A stretch of DNA of 64,000 bases. Origin: Azolla caroliniana (lineage: Eukaryota; Plantae; Polypodiophyta). Shown here piece after piece: positions 26,131 to 38,245 of the stretch. The DNA lies in contig JBHGNT010000018.1 in assembly GCA_043228905.1 (NCBI GenBank), forward strand, positions 14,508,001 to 14,572,000, written 5' to 3'. The position numbers were made by a program, and so were the translations under genes. The notes below the pieces were generated by a model. That model was not told where the DNA came from. It saw only the letters and a list, made by a program, of their open reading frames with translations, and did not search any database. Numbering within the stretch: the stretch's first letter is position 1; each line of letters begins with the position of its first letter.

Positions 26131-28371
26131 TTATATCCTTCTATCATTTGCATCTTTCCAAATTTCATGTACACGATCCCATTGTATTTCTTCAATGCGT
26201 GGCCCATTCAATGAGACTCGCATTAAATCATCTAAATGCTCTATATTCAATCGATTTCTTTTCATCTCTTTGATGAGATTTTGCTTAGAGAACCCTCTCT
26301 CACACGAAACTGTGCTAGAAGGAATAACCAAAGTAGCTTGCCATAATTTCATCAAATGAGGGAAACTATCTTGCCAATCCTTCATTTTGCAAAACATACG
26401 CCAAGCTTCATGCATAGTATAGCCTTCACAATTTAAACGTAAAGTGTCAACAAACCTATAGAGTTCCATTTCACAAGCCTTTGCATCATGTGAAATTTGA
26501 GGACATGCATTGACATCAACATTTGGCTGTAAGTGAGAAATCAAAATTCCCAACCATGTCTTTGGTTTACTATCCCTAATCACATCATCATCTGCATAAT
26601 GGCATGGGCTGAATAATTTTGCTGCATTGAAGAGGCTTAAGTCAGGGAATCTTGCATTTAGTCCATCAATAACATTTTGCACATAATTTTGAGATAGTTT
26701 AATACAACTTTCAAGTGATCCATCTATAAATGGCCTCATTCCCTTAGATTTTGCAATATTGGGATTTGGATCATTTTGACTTGCTTTATCCATAGGAATT
26801 TGTTTGAAGTATAGTTCATGTCTATATGTAACGCCATCTTTATCCTCTATTTCCAAAAACCCAACTTTAGAACATCTTAAGAACTTGGATAAATACATTG
26901 TTCCATCCGCAAATGTGTCATTTCTCAAGAAAGACCTCCGCAAATTAGAAATTGTAATATCAATTTCTGCACCAATTGAAGTTACATCCAAATTCTCTTT
27001 TTGAAGTTTCAAGCTCAAGATATTCATCAAATGCAACACATCAGCCATCATACAAAAGCAAAATTGCACACTATAGATACAAGCTTTATTATACCACTCG
27101 TTTAAGTTCTCTTTCTTCCAAATAGTAAGTATTGCAGGCATTATACTCACTAGTCTTTCCATGACTTGACCACGTGACAACCAACGAATATTATGAATTT
27201 GTAATGGTCTATGAGCATCCAATTGCATTTGTTCCAAGAGCTCTAAAATTTCATGTGTCCTTTTGGTACTATTGTTAGCCCATGCATATACCTTATTTGC
27301 AATTTTTTCTACAAGAATGAGCTCAGGGATATCTTTAGATACATCTGAAATAACCAATGCTTCTCTATGAGCAATACAATGTACACCAACCAAATTTGGG
27401 ATATCATTTTTCATTAATGTTACTATTCCAATTTCACTACCAATCATTGATGATGCACCATCAGTTGCCAATCCGATCAACTTGTTCATGTTGAGGCATC
27501 GATCGCCTAATAGATGCTTAACATGTTCATATATAGTTCTACCTTTACCATTGGGAATTTTCAGCAAACCCATATATTCAATTTGCTTAGGCCCACAACC
27601 ACCACATTGCAAATATGTAACATACATAATGAGATGCAACTCTAATCCATTGTCAGTACTTTCATCTAGCATCAAAGAGTAGTATGGGGAATTTATTAGG
27701 TTTGAGCTTTGAATTTCTAGAAGATATTTCCCGAAGGCAACCAAAAATTCATATCCCCCATATCTACTAGTATAAGATATATAATCATGTTGCTTAGGCA
27801 TATTAGGCACCTCTAGTAGCACAGCCAAATCACATAATTCTTGGTATGTAGCGATAGACAAATCTTTTTTTGCAATAAAGTACATGAGTTTCATTGTTGT
27901 TATGACCTTATTTTTGTTAATATCATCCAATTGTGATACATGCTTTGGGATGGACATTGCTTTCCCTTCAACATCACATATCCACTTTGATGCACATAAT
28001 TTATGACCACTTGAGTTGACATGGGTCAAAATTGCATCAAGTTGCAAAGTAATGCATCCAGAACCAAGACCCCAAGGCCCAGGACTAGCGTATTTCTCAC
28101 ACCATGCACATTTCATTAATGTTTTGTCTCCTTGCACAATGCATCTTATCCATGGGAATTTATCTCTCCATGCTTCACGGAATTTTCTCTTAGGCTTTTC
28201 TTTAGTTATATTAGAGGAACAACTCTCTCGAGTTAAACTCTCTAAATCAGTCCCAAACATATCCATATCCTCATTTAAATCATTGTTTAGATTTATGTCA
28301 TTGGTATCGTTGGGTGGTTTCCATGCAAACATCGCACTGATGGTTCGTTGGTTTTTTCTTTTAGGAGCCAT
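26131..28371 (-). CDS. hAT transposase (ZNF862-like type), ~746 aa, uninterrupted
   Basis: MAPKRK start, Zn finger CAWC...H...H, LDESTD, ATDGASSM, HCIAHRE, RWLS and the dimerisation motif SCERGFS. Confidence 0.92.
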   Translation of the reverse strand: MAPKRKNQRTISAMFAWKPPNDTNDINLNNDLNEDMDMFGTDLESLTRESCSSNITKEKPKRKFREAWRDKFPWIRCIVQGDKTLMKCAWCEKYASPGPWGLGSGCITLQLDAILTHVNSSGHKLCASKWICDVEGKAMSIPKHVSQLDDINKNKVITTMKLMYFIAKKDLSIATYQELCDLAVLLEVPNMPKQHDYISYTSRYGGYEFLVAFGKYLLEIQSSNLINSPYYSLMLDESTDNGLELHLIMYVTYLQCGGCGPKQIEYMGLLKIPNGKGRTIYEHVKHLLGDRCLNMNKLIGLATDGASSMIGSEIGIVTLMKNDIPNLVGVHCIAHREALVISDVSKDIPELILVEKIANKVYAWANNSTKRTHEILELLEQMQLDAHRPLQIHNIRWLSRGQVMERLVSIMPAILTIWKKENLNEWYNKACIYSVQFCFCMMADVLHLMNILSLKLQKENLDVTSIGAEIDITISNLRRSFLRNDTFADGTMYLSKFLRCSKVGFLEIEDKDGVTYRHELYFKQIPMDKASQNDPNPNIAKSKGMRPFIDGSLESCIKLSQNYVQNVIDGLNARFPDLSLFNAAKLFSPCHYADDDVIRDSKPKTWLGILISHLQPNVDVNACPQISHDAKACEMELYRFVDTLRLNCEGYTMHEAWRMFCKMKDWQDSFPHLMKLWQATLVIPSSTVSCERGFSKQNLIKEMKRNRLNIEHLDDLMRVSLNGPRIEEIQWDRVHEIWKDANDRRI

Positions 28372-29074
28372 AATTATTCTGAATAAGAAGAAATGGGTCA
28401 TGTAAGAAAAGATCATACCATCAGTTCAAAACAATCACTAGCATCATTAAACCCATACATATTAGTTATGACATGTTGGGCAATGAGATTTTACATGAAT
28501 ATAATTCCCAAACTTTTGCCCTTAAAGAGGAGAGGAATACTAGTTTTGATGGACTAGTAAAAGAATTTGGTGGTATATCTACTTCATCTAGAACTCAACA
28601 ACTAAAACCAATGAAAGCCTAGAAAAGGCGTGACAAGAGAGCAAACCAAGAAGCTAAGAGAGAACAAAGAATTCAAGAAAAGCAAAACAATGTGGTGAGT
28701 GATCGGATGGTGGAAAACGAATTGCTTGAAGGAAAATAAATTGCTTGAAGGTGTATCATCCCACACCATCAAGGAACCATAGGTGCAATCAAAAGAAGAA
28801 AACATGACACAAGTATGAGTAACATTCGTAGTTAACAAAAGCAACAATGATATTAGGCAAGCCATTGTAAATTTCCGTAGAGGGAAATATAAGAATGATT
28901 TAGCCATTAATAGAGTCGGAAAATGCTCTGGCCATCAACGTTGGATATGTAGTAATTTCCTAACCATAGGAAATAACTATTGATATGATGAGATGGATCA
29001 TTGTTAAAAGTTGCGGATTTTTATTGATTTTTATTGAGACAATAAACATTAGTCTCTATTAATCTAAAGTTCAT

Positions 29075-29122
<48 letters not shown>

Positions 29123-29227
29123 GCAGGCAGAAGAAGAAGAAGAAGAAGAAGAAGATCCTCTATTATCTAAAGTTCATACCAGAGAGAGAGAGAGAGAGAG
29201 AAAGAGAGACGACGCAGGTGGAAGAAG

Positions 29228-29791
29228 AAGAAGATCCATAAGGAGAAAGGCCTCGAGCCCGATGATTTTGAAGAGTTTGTTGCACAGGCTCTCTTTGATC
29301 TCGAGAACACTAACCAGGAGCTAAGAAGTGACCTAAGGGATCTATTCATCAATTCTGCAAAGCAAATAGATATCAATGGAAGCAGGAAGGCTGTCATAAT
29401 CCATGTGCCATACAGACTGAGGAAATCTTTCAAGAAAATTCACAACCGTCTTGTCCGTGAACTTGAGAAGAAATTCAGTGGCAAGGATGTTATTTTCATT
29501 GCGACAAGGCGCATTATGAGGCCTCCCAAGAAGGGAACAGTTGCTGCTCGTCCTAGAAGCCGCACATTAACATCTGTTCATGAGGCTATTCTTGAAGATT
29601 TAGTCTATCCAGCAGAGATTGTGGGAAAAAGAGTTCGTTTCCGTCTGGATGGTTCACGTATAATGCGAGTATATTTGGACCCCAAGGAGAGGAACAATAC
29701 TGAGTATAAGTTAGAGACTTTTGGTGTTGCTTATAAGAAGCTAACTGGAAAAGAAGTAGTGTTCGAGTACCCTGTACAGGAAGCTGCTTAA
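29228..29791 (+). pseudogene. RPS7: Intronless 40S ribosomal protein S7 (eS7) copy lacking the first ~5 codons
   Basis: The frame is open: [32 protein letters not shown]...[15 protein letters not shown]...[28 protein letters not shown]...[11 protein letters not shown]. There is no ATG upstream before a stop. UTR-like sequence runs to (CA)n at ~30047. Confidence 0.93.
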
Positions 29792-30044
29792 AGACGTTTT
29801 ATCTTGGGATAGTTTTTGAGGTTTCAGTTTTTTTTTTACACTTTATGGTGTAAAATTCATTTTGTAAGAATTGAAGGTATCAATGGAGTCTTCATGTGTA
29901 TGCTTATCCTCTGTAAGGATACATTAGAGACATCCTTTTTTCTGCAATCTATTTCTGGAAGTGAGGCAAATATGAGCAGCATGCAAATATATTCATTAAG
30001 GATCCTATTGCTTCAATGAGGATGGTTTAGTCTATTTTAATCTT

Positions 30045-30082
<38 letters not shown>

Positions 30083-32017
30083 CTACCTTAGATGGGTGAG
30101 CAGGACTGTTGTAGGAGATGTTGCTGAATCTATGAGTAGCAAGCAACGAGCAACAAGCTTCGAGTAGGGATAGTGAGCACTGAGTTGCGAGCTTCCAGCA
30201 AGGTGCAGGGCTGAGGGAGCAACGAACAAACAGGGAAAATGGGGGAAAAGGGGGGGAAAGGGGGGAAAGGGGGAAAAGGGGGGAAAAGGGAAAGGAAGGT
30301 CTTAGATGGGGAAACGGGGAATTGGGAAGTAAAGATTCATAATTTAGACTCTATTAGTTTTTTTACCTTTTTGTTACACACATAGTGACATATGTGAGCC
30401 TTTCAAATTCCTACACTCCCAATGCAACTTGAACAATTTGTTCCTACTACCTAGGACTATACTACTATAGTATTGGTCTTAGTAAAATTTGACGGTATTA
30501 TGAAATTTTAAGCCTTCATTTTTACGTTTTCATAAAACATATGCCCGTCAAGATTGACGATTTCATTTTAAAATTAACTTTCATATACGGTTAAATTTGC
30601 CAAAAACGTTCAAAACGGCCGTCAAAAGGCAACACTGGTTGCCGTATTGAACATTTGTTTTTCTATAACTCTTAAGATGCATCTTTTCATAATTCACTGA
30701 TGACATGTAAAGTGGCCTATATATGGATTGCTACAATAGTGCAATCAAATTTTCTATCATTCATTTCTTAGCCAATAATGCATGCGAGAATTTTAGGTGG
30801 AATGCCCTTGAACTATTTTGGCAATATGATACAACCAAATAGGTATTTATAGAAAGTCAAAAGAGTTCCAATACCACTTGGAATTTCCAAGGTTAAATAG
30901 ACATAGCAAACAACTACTAAAGAGTACCAGAAATAGTGGCACCTATAACATTTCAATTCCACATGAAAGATTCCATATTAGCGTGTAAAAATAAATTTCC
31001 ATACATACATCTTTTCGGAGTACCAATATCAATATATTACTACTATACTATGAAGATATGCAATCCATACAATAAATCAATGGCTATTCATATAAGAACA
31101 TTAAGGTATTACCATGATGGCCTTTTCAATGCAACTACATATATAACATAACAAAGTTGTGGTTTATGTTCGCTTCACAAAGAAATATAACAATGTGAGC
31201 AAAAAGAGGTTGTCATATAAAGATGCCCCAAGATGTAGTTTTAGTTCATAGATACAAACTTGTGTAAAAAATATATACACAACTTTGGAGCACATCACAT
31301 CCAGTGATCAATAGATTCTAGGAGGTAGATGGATTATGTGATATCTATGTGGATATATTTCAATATGTAGAGTTGTCTGGGAGTAAGACCACCAATGTAA
31401 TGTCTTCTCTATCAGTAAAAATTTCAGAATTAAGGATTTAAAGAACAAGGTAACCAAATATACTACCCCAAAATGCCGTCATACAATAAATCCTCTCATG
31501 AATATGATGGCCTATCCCTCACTTTTGAATTTCATTTTATTCATAAACTTTGCTTGGATTGGATTTCTTGTGCATTTATCGCACAGGTGTTGGGAAACCA
31601 TTCCTAAACATTCGAACCACATAGTGTGATCTCGAAGGCCAACGCCACCCATCCGAAGAGGTCATACTTGAAACTGCTTGGAATTCATCTTTTTCTTACC
31701 CTGGGGCAAAAGAAGTTGAACAAAAGAAGCGAGAGGTTTGAACACACATATATAGCATAGTTTCTAGATAGCATAAAAAATCCTAGAGGGAGACATCTGT
31801 AAAAGGCCTTAGTGGCCAGTGCGACCACCTAATCAAAGATTACAATTGCTATTGTCTTCTTGTCAAAGCAAGTAACACAAACAAAAATAGATGGAAAAAT
31901 GATGTGCTAATCTAGCTTCCTAAACTAAAACTTCAGACAAAACTGACAGATGTTAGTCATAGCTCAACAAATAGAGATGCTTGGGTATGGAACCCAAAAC
32001 TTGGCATATCTGAATGT

Positions 32018-32018
32018 C

Positions 32019-32050
<32 letters not shown>

Positions 32051-32100
32051 TGTATGTATACAGACATGATATATGTATGTATGTATGTATGTATGTATAC
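32018..32100. repeat. (TATG)n microsatellite upstream of the MinC-like gene
   Basis: Direct reading. Confidence 0.9.
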
Positions 32101-32197
32101 ATAGGTAATACATACATACATAGGTATATCATGTCTGTATATGTATACATACGTCAGATTAGAGAGAGAAGCGTTGGGTTTCTGGGTTTCAGTCACA

Positions 32198-35100
32198 ATG
32201 GCTGCTCTGTTCCTGCCTAATCCTGCGCCATGGCACATCACAGCTCTGCCACACACCACTATTGTGAGAGCCAGTGGTCTCTCTATGCCCATGCTCTCTG
32301 CTTGTGTTCGTGGAAGAGGTGTGAAGTTGAGTAGAAGGAGATACATGGCCGCATCTGCTTCTCACCATCATCGCCGAGATTCCTCGCAAGACCCACTAAT
32401 ATCTTCTTCTTCTTCTTCTTCGTCTGCTTGTCTCAACATGAAGAGATCCATCCAGAGTGGAGAGAAAATCGTACATCATGGATCCATTGTGGTATGTAAT
32501 GAACACACTATATACTATGTATATATGTAATAGGAATATTTTTGGTTAATGATATTCGACTATCCCTGAGTACGACTAGAGTGGGCCTGCTTGTACAAGT
32601 TAGAGAACAACTTGCAACTTACTGGCTAACTTAAGGTGTAAAGTAAAGATTCATACAGTTTTACTAAAAGATCAAAGTAAACCAAATAGGGGTTAGCTCT
32701 ATTAAAGTAAAGCAAATGAATGGTAGCTATATGAAGTGGTTCATTTACTGATTAATCCAAAGACTCTAAAGAATTAGGAATAATGACCATCCCAATACTT
32801 TGGAATCAGTTCAAACAAGCAATTTTCTATAAAATGTAGAAGAAAGAATGCAGTTGGATCAACACCTTCATCCTGACCTTGAACTTATCCATCACCTGTC
32901 AAAAGCGGAAATCATTACATACACTATAGACATTCAGATATGCCAAGTTTGATTTATTTGGCTTAATGATTAGCTCTCTCAGGTTTTGTGACTATATAAC
33001 TCCTAATCACAGGAATGCAGGTGTATTCTCAACGAAGGGTATTTTAGGAAGCTCTATATGTGGGTTTTTGTTGCTAAAATAGGTTTAAATCTGATGGAGA
33101 TGGTTTTCGGGTTTGGGTTCTATATTTATTGTATCCTCTTCTACTCAATAATAAAATAGCAAAAAATGCATTGTCTTTAGGGAAACATGGTGTCAACTTC
33201 CTTGTTCTGTCGAAGTCTAGCTTCTTGTTGTGAAATCAAGTCTCACTGAGGCCAAAACATTGAGAAAATGTTTCTTCATTTATATAAAATTTCTATAGTA
33301 ATGAAAATTTAGTTAAATTGGTGCATTTCTGTCCTTTGGGAGTTCCACAGGAAGATTTCGTCTTTCTAATATTCAATGCACATTATGTTGCTCTACTTTT
33401 CCTTTTTGAAGGTCATCGGAAATGTTGAGAGTGGAGCAGAAATCCACGCTGCTGGAAATATCATTGTTCTTGGGTCTATTGAAGGAGAAATCCATGCTGG
33501 TACAAATGGAGATAAAAATGCTATAATTTTTGCATGGAAATTGAGGTCCAAATCCCTGAGCATAGATGGTTGTGATGCTGGAGAATCAGTAGAGAGTTCT
33601 GAGTTTGGTGTAACTGCATTTCTTCTAGGTGGAAAAATTCGGTAAGTATTATTCTCAGTTGACATGCTTTCTTGTTTATATGTTTTTTCCACTGAAATTC
33701 TTTTCAAGATACTATTTTGTGAAATAGGATCTAGACTGCAAAATATCACAGATGATGATAGGCAGGCTACCACGCCTCACAGTTGGTTTGCAATCAATAA
33801 AAAATCTGTTAAGAAAGCCTCAAAAGTTGCTTTGTTTACTGGAGCGTACATTTCTCTTGTTGGGCTAGCACTTTTAGCATTTCCAGAGACTTTGTTTGGT
33901 AAGTTTGTTTTTCCTCTGTTCTACTCTCTTCAGTTTAGGTTCCTTGTAATGTTACTTGTACTTTTGAAAATATTCTTAAACGTAATGTGTCTTATAATCA
34001 GGAATGTTTTTTGATTTGAAACGGAGAATTGATGAGTGGATCCGTGTTGGAGCTGTTTTGGCAATTGTAAGGTTACATTAAAATGGATAGCTCATTTTTC
34101 ACTTGTGTTAATAAGTTTCACATTAAAAAAGCTAGAAACATGAGTAAATATGATGAATTTGTACCAAGAATTGCCTCACAATATATAAATATGTCTGAAA
34201 ATATCAAGGCTCTCATCTAACTGCCGAAATATAGTACATTGTATTCTTTCAAGTATGATTCGTATAGATATGTCTACTAGTTTATGATCGCATGTGCTTT
34301 TCTTATAAGAGATCATCTTGACTTCAGAGGTATTGTCTTCAATTTTCCTTGGTTGAATGCAGGTTTTTGGAGTCTACTATATTGGAACTGCGTGGGGTTA
34401 TCTGAAGGGTTTTGATGGTGCTCAATCATTCTATATGTCAACTGTGGTTGGCCGAATAGTAATACTACAATTACTTCATGTGTTCTTCAATATTTTGAAA
34501 GCATCTTTTTGTTTCTTTAATCTGCAGCTTAAACAGTGTTCTGGTTCCTTTACAGTTTCTATTTCTCAGCTTTTCATTGTTAGCAGTTACAGGTGCTGCA
34601 CCTTTTCCGGTTTTTATCGTAAGTTCCATATATGCTCTTCTTTTTGATGTTTTTTAATCATTCTGCTGTTTAGTTTGGATGTACCTTCTTATATACAATC
34701 ACTCCTGTACTATGGAATATAGTGCAAATACAAACTGTTTTGAAATGAATGAAGTTTCTAATAAAAATCCCACACCCATCTAAAAACAAGAAATGCGAGC
34801 AACGCATCCATGTTGTTAGTGGTAATTCTTGCATACATAAATCCACTATAATTAATGAAAGAATATCCAAAATTAAGGCCAATAGAATAGGCTGCCGGTC
34901 ATATGCTAGGTTGCCTATCAATATAGGATATGGGCTAAGCTAGGTATTTTATATAAGCAATGCATGAATCTAGAAACCAAAGAAAAATACTCATTTTTTT
35001 TTGTCTATAAGTTAAAAAATTAAAAGCAACTTTACAAATTTATCCACAATCACATAATATATTGCAATTTATTCATGATGTGTTGGTGACTCAAACAAGA

Positions 35101-35480
35101 TCTAGGATGAGGAGGCTTGGTAAACTGTCATGTAGCATCTTGACAGATATTTGTACTAGGTATGAGGAGGTTAAGGATGATGAGGTAACCAGGTAAAGAG
35201 GTTGAAAGACAAAAGCTCCCCAAATCCTTCATGCCCATGACAGTTAATTATTTGTGCATTTGCATATTAGACACATAAATAGTATTATTAATGGCTATTA
35301 AAATTGTGCTGTTTGTGGGTGTAGTTTGGTATATCTGTATTATATTCTTGTTTTTTATGAGTGAACTATAAATAAGAGAATGTGATGTTAGCCTATGATT
35401 TTCTGCTGCAGATTGGTGTTGTGAATTTCCTTGGTGCACTTTCAATGCTTTATGCACTACAAAAACCTGAAACATCATAG
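32198..35480 (+). CDS. minC: Nuclear gene (~326 aa): putative plastid transit peptide, MinC C-terminal domain and 4-TM domain. Exons 32198-32491, 33412-33641, 33735-33898, 34002-34066, 34363-34458, 34556-34618, 35412-35480
   Basis: All introns are GT-AG and the exons total 981 nt in frame. KRSIQSGEKIVHHGSIVVIGNVESGAEIHAAGNIIVLGSIEGEIHAGTNGDKNAIIFAWKLRSKSLSI fits the MinC_C consensus. The N-terminus is Ser/Arg/Ala-rich and the C-terminus has four hydrophobic segments. Confidence 0.85.
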
Positions 35481-35917
35481 AGTAAGCAATTTCAATTATT
35501 AAGCAAGATGATACTAAGCAAGATCAAACTATCAATGTAATGCAAGATCAGTTTTTACATTTAGGTAAAGAACCTATATTGTACAATAATTTTGCATCAT
35601 AGAAATGCATATGGAGTGTATCATCAAATCATCCTCTATTCATCTCTGCGACTCATGTTATTTGAATAGAAATTGTCTTGTTATTTAATAGCAAGGACAT
35701 CTAAAGGAGAAAAATTTAACAGTTCATATGGTGTCCCACATTTCTCTTATGGTAGTACTTTAAAGGATTGTCTCCATTGAAAAAGATTGAACCATTTTGG
35801 CTGTAAGAACAATTTAAAAATGAGTTTGATTTTGCCCACAAATAATATAGGATATTGGAAGCAAATTCATAATCCAAAAGTACATTAGGTAGAGTGATGT
35901 TTATAGTATATGCATAT

Positions 35918-35920
<3 letters not shown>

Positions 35921-35984
<64 letters not shown>
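35921..35984. repeat. (TC)n microsatellite
   Basis: Direct reading. Confidence 0.95.
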
Positions 35985-35987
<3 letters not shown>

Positions 35988-38034
35988 CTGTATCTATGTA
36001 TGTATGTATTTATGCATACACATTTATATATTCACACAACACTAGACCAAATCTACCTTTGGATGATAGGTTATAGATGTGTAACTCATGATCCTCAATA
36101 TCAAAGAAATCGAGGACAAAAATGGAAATGCAGAGAAAGCATCAAGTTGTGTGACTATATGTTATGCCACCAAACCACAAGATCACTGACAATACATAAA
36201 GTCCAACTATGGCAAAGTGTGCAATTATTATGACGGGATTTGTATATCGAATGTGGTGTCACACCGAATATTGTTGACAAAAAGAGGCTTTCAACCATGT
36301 TGACTAAAAAAGAGCAAGGCATTCTGAGATCCAGAGGTATGAGATTAGCTGCAATACCTAAAAAATTGAAGACAGTCAAATGGTGAAGACAAAAAGATGT
36401 TCCCTTAATGCAAATGCTATTGGGAGTGGGCAACACTTGTTGTCTGACGTACATGGCTGAAATAAAATTTTATTTTCGAGTCATGCAGCTGGATGATTGA
36501 TAATTTTTCTGCGTCTGAATTGCAGCGAACTGTGATAAGCTTGAGAAGTGCCATTTTGCATCCAACAACTCTTGCTATAACTCATCTAATAACCCAAAAA
36601 TTACCGACCATAATAAACATATTTGAGCTCGATATCACTTTATAACAAAACTTGTTGAAGAACATAACCTCAACATCAACTACACCATTACTCCAGACGT
36701 GGGCTGGTTTCTTAACCAGGCCAGTTCTAGGTATTAAGGGAGTAGAATTAAGGGTAGTGTTGAAACTAACTAACAATTTAGGTAGCATTATCTAAAAATA
36801 GGAGTGATTGTTACAATTGCAACAGTCACATGTCAGATGTATACCACAAATTTGTGTGAGTGCATCTAAGAATACATGTACAAGTTCATAAGTTAATTCC
36901 AATATCGATTTTATAATTTTTTACCTTTGTCTTAATCTGCTTCCTTCAAAGTTATAATCCTTACAAATCCAACATCTGAGATCAGCTCATGAGTCCTAGA
37001 CTCGAGCACACAAGTCCAACTCTTGAACAAAGCTCCTAAGCACCAAGAATGCGCAAGTGAAGTGTGTGAAGTGAACGCACAATTACAATACATGAAGGGA
37101 ATGCACAAGCATTTTTATTGACCCACTCAACACACAAAAGGAGGCATTATCATGAGTCACGACCATCTCTATATCAACAATGAATCTTTCTTGGTTCAAG
37201 TCCCCAATGTTCCCACTTGAGTAGCATACATATACATGAAGTTATACGACACTAGAAGGTTGAGCATGAGATTTCCCAGAATCTTGTTCGTGAAACTTCA
37301 ATCCTTCACAAATTCTTCTTCAAAACTTTATCTACAAAAATTTTTATCCACCTTTCGCCAAAATTAGGACAATTTTATGTGAAGATTTTAGCATGATGCT
37401 TGGTTTTTCAAGCCAAAACATTCCTCATTTCTGATTGAATTAATTGGGACATTGGATTAAAATTTTCTTTGAAAATACATAATGATTTATATTAATGAAG
37501 CAGTTATATTTCCAGTTGTTTACATCAAATTTATCTAGAGGAATAAAATCAAGAGATGATCCAATTTTCCAAATTTACATATGGTCAAGGAGATTATGAT
37601 GGAGTACTTGAAAATTGAATGAAATCATCATGAAGAATTTGACAGAATTGGTGCAAGACAAAACAAGAGCATGACATACTTATTTGGGGGATGTTTTATG
37701 CATATCACGTTTCTTGTAATTGGTTTAAACTTTACATATTTTATCCTTTTTATTTGGTTTATAGGAAATAAACATTGTTCCCCATAGGACTAGATTGAAT
37801 TGAAGAAGAGGACAAGGAAAAGAAGAAGGAAAGATAAGAATAATTTAAGTGTCATGATAAGAAGAACAAGGTTACAAGAATACAATTAAGACTATCGTGG
37901 AATTAGGATGGATTCATCAATTAGAGTAGAAACTAATATATTGCATGGTTAGGATTAAGATGTATGCATGCTCACCACCTTGTATCCACGCATGATCACC
38001 ACTTAGTATTCATAGTCCATGATCACCTCCTTTC

Positions 38035-38245
38035 AATCAAACATGCCACCCCTCCTTGTCCTTTTTGTTGTCTTCGATATTTTGCACATACCAAGTGTAA
38101 ATTATGTTTCTCCAAATGTTGAATTCTTTAACTATCATGCTTCCAAGTTTCAACAAGAAGTATAATAACTAATTCATTGGTAAGTTCATCAATGCCAATA
38201 ACCACATTCCATGGGTATACATACATGGCAATTCTAAAAACACGT
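38035..38245 (-). pseudogene. Degraded LINE family A endonuclease N-terminal fragment
   Basis: aatcaaacatgccacccc...ccttgtcc and tatcatgct...gtttcaacaagaag match 9850-10050. Confidence 0.65.

Larger units (their letters stand above)
25994..30637 (-). mobile_element. Complete hAT DNA transposon (4.6 kb) carrying an RPS7 copy
   Basis: Perfect 20-bp TIRs CAGTGTTGCCTTTTGACGGC (25994-26013 and 30618-30637), a perfect 8-bp TSD GTTGCCGT, subterminal TGACGG/CCGTCA motifs and an intact transposase. Confidence 0.95.

Noticed and set aside
32198-35480. Bacterial contamination or organellar insertion as the source of minC
   Set aside because: The gene has six spliceosomal GT-AG introns, a transit-peptide-like exon and plant TE surroundings.
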